A stretch of DNA of 64,000 bases from the human T2T-CHM13v2.0 reference genome, Homo sapiens, in NCBI RefSeq assembly GCF_009914755.1, contig NC_060925.1; one strand, 5' to 3'. Of the stretch, positions 55,615 to 64,000 are shown in pieces. A model generated the notes under the pieces. That model had not been told where the DNA came from and did not search any database. It saw only the letters and a list, made by a program, of their open reading frames with translations. Positions within the stretch are counted from its first letter, which is position 1. Each line of letters opens with the position of its first letter. A program made the position numbers and the translations under genes.

Positions 55615-55888
55615 AGCCAGACGAGGTGGCTTACTCCTGTAGTCCTAGCACTTTGGGAGGCCAAGGCAGTGGGATTGCTTAAGCTTAGGAGTTCGAGACC
55701 AGCCTGGACTACATAGCAAGACCTTGTCTTTCCTAAAAATAAAAAATATATATATTAGCTGGGCATGGTGTTGCAAACCTGTAGTCCAAGCTACTCGGGA
55801 GGCTGAGGCAGGAGGATTGCTTTAGCTCAGGAGTTTGAGGCTGCAGTGGGTGACAGAGTGAGACCTTGTCTCAAAAAAAAAAAAAAAA
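55615..55888 (+). mobile_element. AluJ with a small right-arm deletion
   Basis: J diagnostics; AAAAGTAATGAT repeated at both flanks. Confidence 0.9.
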
Positions 55889-56004
55889 GTAATGATTTTA
55901 AAGCATTTAAATGATGATTGGAAATACTGATGTTATGTAAAAAGAAAAACATTCTGACCTTATATCCAAAGAAATATGCACACACATATGGGAAAAAATA
56001 AATA

Positions 56005-56302
56005 CAGTTTGTCCTCTGTATCCTCAGGTCCCACATCTGCAGATTCAACCAACCATGGATTGAAGATATTAGAAAAAGTAATAATAACAATAAAAATAAC
56101 ACAAATACAAAATACGGTATAAGAACTATTGATGTAACATTTATATTGTGTTAGATATTATAAGTAATCTGGTGATAATTTAAAATTGGGTATAGATTAT
56201 GTGCAAATACTACGACATTTTATGTAAAAGACTTGAGCATCCTCATATTTTGGTATTGAAGGGAATCCTGGAACCGATTCCCCATGGATACTGAGGGACA
56301 AA
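56005..56302 (-). mobile_element. MER2
   Basis: TA|CAGTTTGTCCTCTGTATCC...GATTCAACCAACCATGG...GGATACTGAGGGAC. Confidence 0.8.
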
Positions 56303-56618
56303 TATCCTAGAAAAAAATAGGCTAAAGTATTGAGTGATGGGATTTTGGATGATTCCTTTTTATTATTAAAACAAGTTTTATCAGACTGAAAAATGCATAT
56401 GGTTAATAACTTATATCATACAGCTTATAATAAAAAACAGTCCTCTCCCCACCCCCCACACACATAAGTAACATGATAATATCCTCTACTTTTTAACTTA
56501 TTCATTTTAGATATTATCTATTTATTTTCTCTCATGATAAAAACATTAGAACTCTTATACCACACAGTTCCACTATAGCATCCCCCATATAGCTGTAGCA
56601 CACATTTTAGTCAAATCA

Positions 56619-57683
56619 TGTTGCGGGAGGTCAGGGACCCCAAACGGACTGGCTGGAGCCACGGCAGAGGAATATGAATTGTGAAGATTTCATGGACATT
56701 TATCAGTTCCCAAATAATACTTTTATAATTTCTTATGCCTATCTTTACTTTAATCTCTTAATCCTGTTATCTTCATAAGCTGAGGATGTACGTCACCTCA
56801 GGACCACTGTGATTATTGTGTTAACTGTACAAATCGATTGTAAAATGTGTGTTTGAACAATATGAAATCAGTGCACCTTGAGGAAGAACAGAATAACAGC
56901 GATTTTTAGGGAACAAGGGAAGACAACTGTAAGGTCTGACTGTCTGCAGGGTTGGGCAAAAACAGCCATATTTTTCTTCTTGCAGAGAGCCTATAAATGG
57001 ATGTGCGAGTAGGAGAGACATCGCTAAATTCTTTTGCTAGCAAGGAATATTAATATTAATACCCTGGGAAAGGAATGCATTCCTTGGGGGAGGTCTATAA
57101 ACAGCCGCTCTGGGAGTGTCTGTCTTATGCAGTTGAGATAAGGACTGAGATACGCCCTGGTCTTCTGCAGTACCCTCAGGCTTACTAGGGTGGGAAAAAA
57201 ACTCCGCGCTAGTAAATTTGTGATCAGACCAGTTCTCTGCTCTCGAACCCTGTTCTCCGTTGTTTAAGATGTTTATCAATAGAATACATGCACTGCTGAA
57301 CATAGACCCTTATCAGTAGTTCTGCTTTTGCCCTTTGACCTGTGATCTTTGTTGGACCCTTATCAGTAGTTCTGCTTTTGCCTTTTGTCCTGTTCCCTCA
57401 GAAGCATGTGATCTTTGTTCTGCTTTTTGCGCTTTGAAGTATGTGATCTTTGTACCTACTCTCTGTTATTACACCCCCTTCCCTTTTGAAACTCTTAATA
57501 AAAAACTTGCTGGTTTGAGGCTCAGGTGGGCATCACTGTCCTACCGATATGTGATGTCACCCCTGGCGGCCCAGCTGTAAAATTCCTCTCTTTGTACTCT
57601 TTCTCTTTATTTCTCAGCCGGCCAACACTTATGGAAAATAGAAAGAACCTACATTGAAATATTGGGGGCAGGTTCCTCTGATA
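56619..57683 (+). mobile_element. MER11 solo LTR (HERV-K11/HML-8)
   Basis: TGTTGCGGGAGGTCAGGGACCCC start, TATAAA boxes, AATAAA near 57497, internal GACCCTTATCAGTAGTTCTGCTTTTGCC repeats; 6-bp TSD AAATCA at 56613-18 and 57684-89. Confidence 0.92.
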
Positions 57684-57749
57684 AAATCAGGGAAAAAAGA
57701 TTTTTTTTTTTAAATGATCGTATGGTACTTTGGTTATATTTCTTTTCTG

Positions 57750-59900
57750 GTGCATCTTATTCAATTTTTCCTTAAATTTTTAATTGTCTTTTTGTATTGT
57801 CTTTCATATTCTCATTTTTTCAAGTATGCCATGATATCAAGTGCTCTTATATAATTTTATATTAAATTATCCCACCCCACACATATTTTGCTGTTTTTGG
57901 AGATAATTCTGGAGCTTTGTGTCCATTATCTTTTGTCTCCGTTGGTTGCTCTCTAGACCTGCTATGTGACTTAGCCATGAGACTTCCCATAACTGCTTTT
58001 ATGGATTGGATACTATTGTCCTGGATATCATTTCTTTCTCTTTCTTGAATTAATTTTCATTTTGCTGAGGCATATTATCAAGTAGCTTCCTAAGAAATAG
58101 TGCATTGGGATCAATATTTCTGAATCCTTGCCTGTCATTTTGGTGTAACAGGCTTTCAGTATTTTAGAGGCATTCAGTGTAACTCCCAAGTAGTCAGCGT
58201 TTTCTCATCTTTTTCCATTCCTATATAGGTGACCTTTATATTCACCTCTCTTTTGAAGTTTTAAGCTCATGTCTTTATTCCCATTGTTTTGAAATAGCAT
58301 GATGATGTGCTCTGGTTGGGTCTTTTTTAATTCATGGGCTTTTAGTCTAAAGACTTGTATTTCATTTCTGGATAATTCATCTGTTTATATCTCCTTTTCT
58401 CTCTTTTTCTCTCTCTCTCATATGATAACATCCATTTTTCCATTCTCTCTTTCTTGGACTCTTATTAATCAGATATCATTATCTGATTAATATATACAGA
58501 TCAGTCTCCTAGACTATGTATGTATATTATATTTTGCTTTTCTAATTTCTGCCTGTTTTAGGGGCCTTCTTTCTCTTTCTTACTTCATCTCCATTTCCTG
58601 GATTTCTTTTTATTTATTTCTATTTGAATTCTTTGGGCTTCTTGAAACTATGGATTGATATCTTTTATCAAATGTGGAAAAATATTAGTCATTATCTTTT
58701 TAAATAACACCGCTTCTCCATTCTTTCTCTCCTTTTCTTTTGGTAGTTCAATTTAACATGTTAAATTTTCTCCCTGTGACTGTTAGGTCACTTTACTCTT
58801 CTATTTTTATATTTTTCATGTTTTTGTCTTTTCATGCTTCATTCTAGATAGTTTCCTCTGACCTTATTCTCTCTTTAGCAGTATCTAATGGTTTTTCATA
58901 GTTCTAGGATTTGTATTTAGTTATTTTTCTAATCTACTTTGACACTTTATAATTTTTAGTTTTCTGCCAAACTTTCAAGCTTGGATTTATTGTCTTATAT
59001 ATTGTAAACATATAATTATATTGACCTGGCCTTGTAATTCAAACACATCATATCTCTGTTAATGTTTCTGTTAATATATTTTTGTTGCCTGTTGATTTTC
59101 TTGTTAGTGCTTATGATTTCTTTTGTCCTTGGGGACTTCCTTATCTTTGATTGTGTGTTGAACATTATACGAAATTATAGTCCCTTGTCTACAATTTTGA
59201 AATCAAAAAAGTTCAAATAACTTAAAAGATTTTTTGTGACTCATTTGTTGGCCAAACCTGCTGTGAAGTGCCACAGAGCTGTTTAGTCTTATCCTACTTT
59301 GCGGGAATGTTGTTAAAGTTTGCTTCAGACTGATAACAGGTGCCGCCAAACATTCCACTGGTGATATAACATAGTATTATGGTGCATGTGCCATATTACC
59401 TTTCTAAAATCTAAAGTCTTCTGAATTCTGAAAGACATTTGGTCTGAAAGTTTAGATAAAGATCTGTGGACCTATTTGAAAATTTATATATGGAAATCAT
59501 TTTGGGCTTAGGATAATGCATTTCTCTTAATAAAATTTTTGTTTGCTCTGTCCAAACACCAAGGGCTCTAGTACTGTAGAACATAATTTAGTTTTGGGAC
59601 TGGGACTGGAGATTTTTGATGAACTACCTAGAAGACTTGAAGCTAGTCTCTTTACAAATCTCATTTACTTATGGTTAACCTGTAGTCCTAGGGTGTAGCT
59701 CTTTAGACTCCCGGTCTAACATGGGCTAAAGGGACAGGGATTGGTCACCTGGGGTTTGAACCCTGTCAAGCCTGGTCTCTGACTTTTATCCCTTTAGCTC
59801 CATGTGGCTATTAAAGACACAGCTCAGTTTCTGAGGACCTCTTCTAGGTAACAAAAGCCCTCAAGCAAGAACTGCTCCTGATACCATGCTCACTTCTCCA
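57750..59900 (-). mobile_element. Degenerate old L1M fragments
   Basis: T-rich with GGGCTTCTTGAAACTATGG..CAAATGTGGAAAAAT..GTCATTATCTTTT, similar to antisense L1M. Confidence 0.5.
59178..59473 (-). mobile_element. MER46C/Tigger4-like
   Basis: ATTACCTTTCTAAAATCTAAAGTCTTCTGAATTCTGAAAGACATTTGG...GTGGACCT. Confidence 0.7.
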
Positions 59901-59989
59901 GATTGTTGACTCAACCAAGAACTTCTTCACCATCTGGTTAGTTGTTTCATATGTGAAGTCTTTGATAGATCTTGGAGCCAGCTCTGACT

Positions 59990-60715
59990 CCACTCTTAGT
60001 TCAGGTTCTCATCATTTCACTTCTGATTGTATCCTAGCTCACCTCCCTACCTTGATCCTTATCCCTTTCCCATCTAATTTCCTGCTCGTTGCCAGAAAGA
60101 GCTTTCTTAAAAAAGCACAAACATGATCACATTACTAGCTTATTTAAACTTTTTCAGTAGCTCCTCATTATTTATAAGATGAAGTCCAGATTCTTTAATA
60201 AGGAAGAAACTCACTATTCCTCCCTTGATCTGCCTCTACAGTGTTGTCTCCCATTGCTTCTCGCCCCATACTCTGGATTCTTTATCAGTACCTGAAATGG
60301 ATCGTGCTGTTTTATGTCTTCATATATTTGCCCATGCTGTTCTCTTTGCTGGTAATGCTTTTCTTATACCCTCAAACTCTATCCCCTTAACCTAAAAAAA
60401 CCCTCCTCCTGTAAAACCTAGGAAAATTGACTTTTTTTTCTATAGTGCTTTCTTCATTTACTCTCCCTTTCTCTCATTCCCCATAGGGTAGACTATGGTT
60501 TCCATTTTGTCCCCATTGAATTCTGTATGTACTTTATATTTTTGCACAAACCAACCATCGTAACAGTTACTTGTGTCCATGTCTGTTTTCCCTAACTAAA
60601 TGGAGGCCATTGAGGGAATATAGAATGCATTGTTTTTTATCCCCAGTCCTTAGCATGAATTTGATAATACAATAAATGCTTTAAAAAATGTCAGTTGAGG
60701 TCCCTGAATGAATGT
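59990..60715 (+). mobile_element. L2 3' fragment
   Basis: CATCATTTCAC..., GCCAGAAAG, TTTGCCCATGCTGTTCTCTTTGCTGGTAATGC, ending near TGAATGAATG. Confidence 0.65.
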
Positions 60716-61199
60716 TACGGCTTGAGCAGTATTTTTTTATTCTATCCCACTTAATATTCAAATGAACTATAAAATGAGGAGGTATAGTATATAGTTTATG
60801 AGGTCCCTTCTTTTCTATACTTCTAGGATTCTGGTAGATGTAGAAATGGTCTACACTTTGGGAAAGAATGTCTAAAGTGAAAGTGACCCTGAAAAATTGT
60901 AAAACTTGCCAAAAAAACGGCAGAATAAAAACTTCAGCTAGTTCATTCCATTACAAGGCAGTATGCATTCAACATATATATTTAAGGAATGAATTACAAA
61001 GAATTCCCAAACACAAAATGTAATGAACTATAACAAGCATAAATAACTGAAACAAATATAAAAATAGCATTTTCAGATTGTTGTTTTTGTGGTCTTCATA
61101 TGTGAGCTTTGTGATCTTTTAATGATCATGCCAGCTAACGGAGGAACTGGTAAGAGGCGGCAGTATAATAAACAACGCGAAGGAAGTGAGATGATGTAG

Positions 61200-61526
<327 letters not shown>

Positions 61527-61714
61527 TAACTCTTTAAATATCATAACATTGAAGGTATTTGAGTCTCATTGGTGCCCACTATATTCAATCAATAAAGAAT
61601 TATATTTAGGCGTAATCACCAGACAATGAAATGATTTTCTGAGAAAAGCTGTGTGTACTTTCCTGACCTTTGAAAGTACAAAGCAGTCTTTCTCCAAGAT
61701 GGTTTAATTGTATT

Positions 61715-62620
<906 letters not shown>

Positions 62621-62675
62621 AAACCTCCAAACACAAACCCTGAAAAGAATATATTTCTATCTGAATTCAGGAAGA

Positions 62676-63036
62676 GGCTGGACGTGGTAGCTCATACCTG
62701 TAATTCTAACACTTTGGGAGACTCCCAAAGGATTGATAGCAATCCTTTGGGATTGCTTGAGGCCAGGAGTTCAAGACCAGCCTGGACAACATCTTGAGAC
62801 TACCTCTACAAAAGCAAGACAAGACAAAACAAAACAAAAACTAACTGGGCGTGGTAATCCATGTCTGTAGTCCTAGCTACTTGGGAGGCTGAGGCAAGTG
62901 GATCACTTGAGTCTAGGAGTTCAAGGCTATAGTGAACGAGCTATCATCCTGCCACTGCTCTCCAGCCTGGATGACTGAGTGAGAACCTTAGAATGAATGA
63001 ATGAATGAATGAATGGATGAATAAATAAATAAATAA
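62676..63036 (+). mobile_element. AluJ with an internal fold-back insertion and a (GAAT)n/(AAAT)n tail
   Basis: J diagnostics; TTCAGGAAG repeated at both flanks. Confidence 0.9.
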
Positions 63037-63239
63037 TTTCAGGAAGGTAAGAAGATTAACTTGTGTCTTGTAGTAGTAGTTACTGTAGCCATACATATAA
63101 CTTGACTTATTTGGAACTTAGCTATTTGGAAACCTTACTTAACCAGGTCATAGAAAATACCTGAATGCTAAGCCAAAGATAAAAACAAATACCTTTTGGG
63201 CAGTCAAGTATGTTTCACATAGTAGCTGCCATTGGCTGA

Positions 63240-63576
<337 letters not shown>

Positions 63577-64000
63577 CCACCTGGACTATGCATTTTTATT
63601 TTGCATTTATCCCTAGTAAAGCTATCTGGTCTCCAAGCAGATAGCATATTAAATGGGACATATTAACTGTTTGCATCGTGAATTTATGGGTGTCTAACCT
63701 TTTCTGTAAGGGGAACTTTGCTGTTGCTGTAGTACAGATGTTTTCAAACTTCGTTTTAGCTGTGGAACTTTTTCTTCAAATGTTATCTCATGTGTAAGTT
63801 CAGTATTCCATGTGTAACAGTTAACTTGCATTAAATCATCCAACTGATATATAGCAGGCCAGTATTTGTATTCAAGTGTGGCAGAGATGGATTAGGTGCT
63901 CACCAAATCTGCTTTTTGTTTGTTTCTTTGTTTCTTGACTCTGGTCATGTAGCTAAGCTATATTTCTTAGCCTCTCTTTCATTAGCAGTGGCCATGTGTC

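Noticed and set aside
57305-57450. Spaced direct repeats resembling a CRISPR array
   Set aside because: Internal tandem units of the MER11 LTR in eukaryotic DNA, with no unique spacers and no cas genes.

Overview
Primate (most likely human) AT-rich non-coding genomic DNA, densely filled with interspersed repeats: about 24 Alus, old and young L1 fragments, L2/MIR, Tigger and hAT DNA-transposon fossils, and LTR elements. No intact protein-coding gene is recognisable, and nearly all ORFs in the track are repeat-derived or chance. Best-supported specific features: (1) a TSD-flanked processed pseudogene of histone H3.3B (H3F3B) at 42.5-43.5 kb (-); (2) an L1PA7-like element at 46.4-48.2 kb (-) whose internal deletion fuses the ORF1 start in frame to the ORF2 cysteine-rich domain; (3) a HERV-L provirus at 48.4-53.1 kb (+) with an MLT2A1 5' LTR, most of RT deleted and a 3' LTR collapsed to 29 bp but still TSD-flanked; (4) a MER11 solo LTR at 56.6-57.7 kb. 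Small-scale oddities include a templated insertion at 36.3 kb, a fold-back scar in an Alu at 62.7 kb, a mini-L1 with a probable 3' transduction at 8.7 kb and a tandemly duplicated MIR at 7 kb. Antisense L1 bias in the first ~37 kb suggests a + strand host intron; a few candidate exons and a recursive-splice-like site are flagged at low confidence. I found no convincing novel multi-gene system. Repeat subfamily names come from recalled consensus sequences, and boundaries are approximate unless a TSD is quoted.
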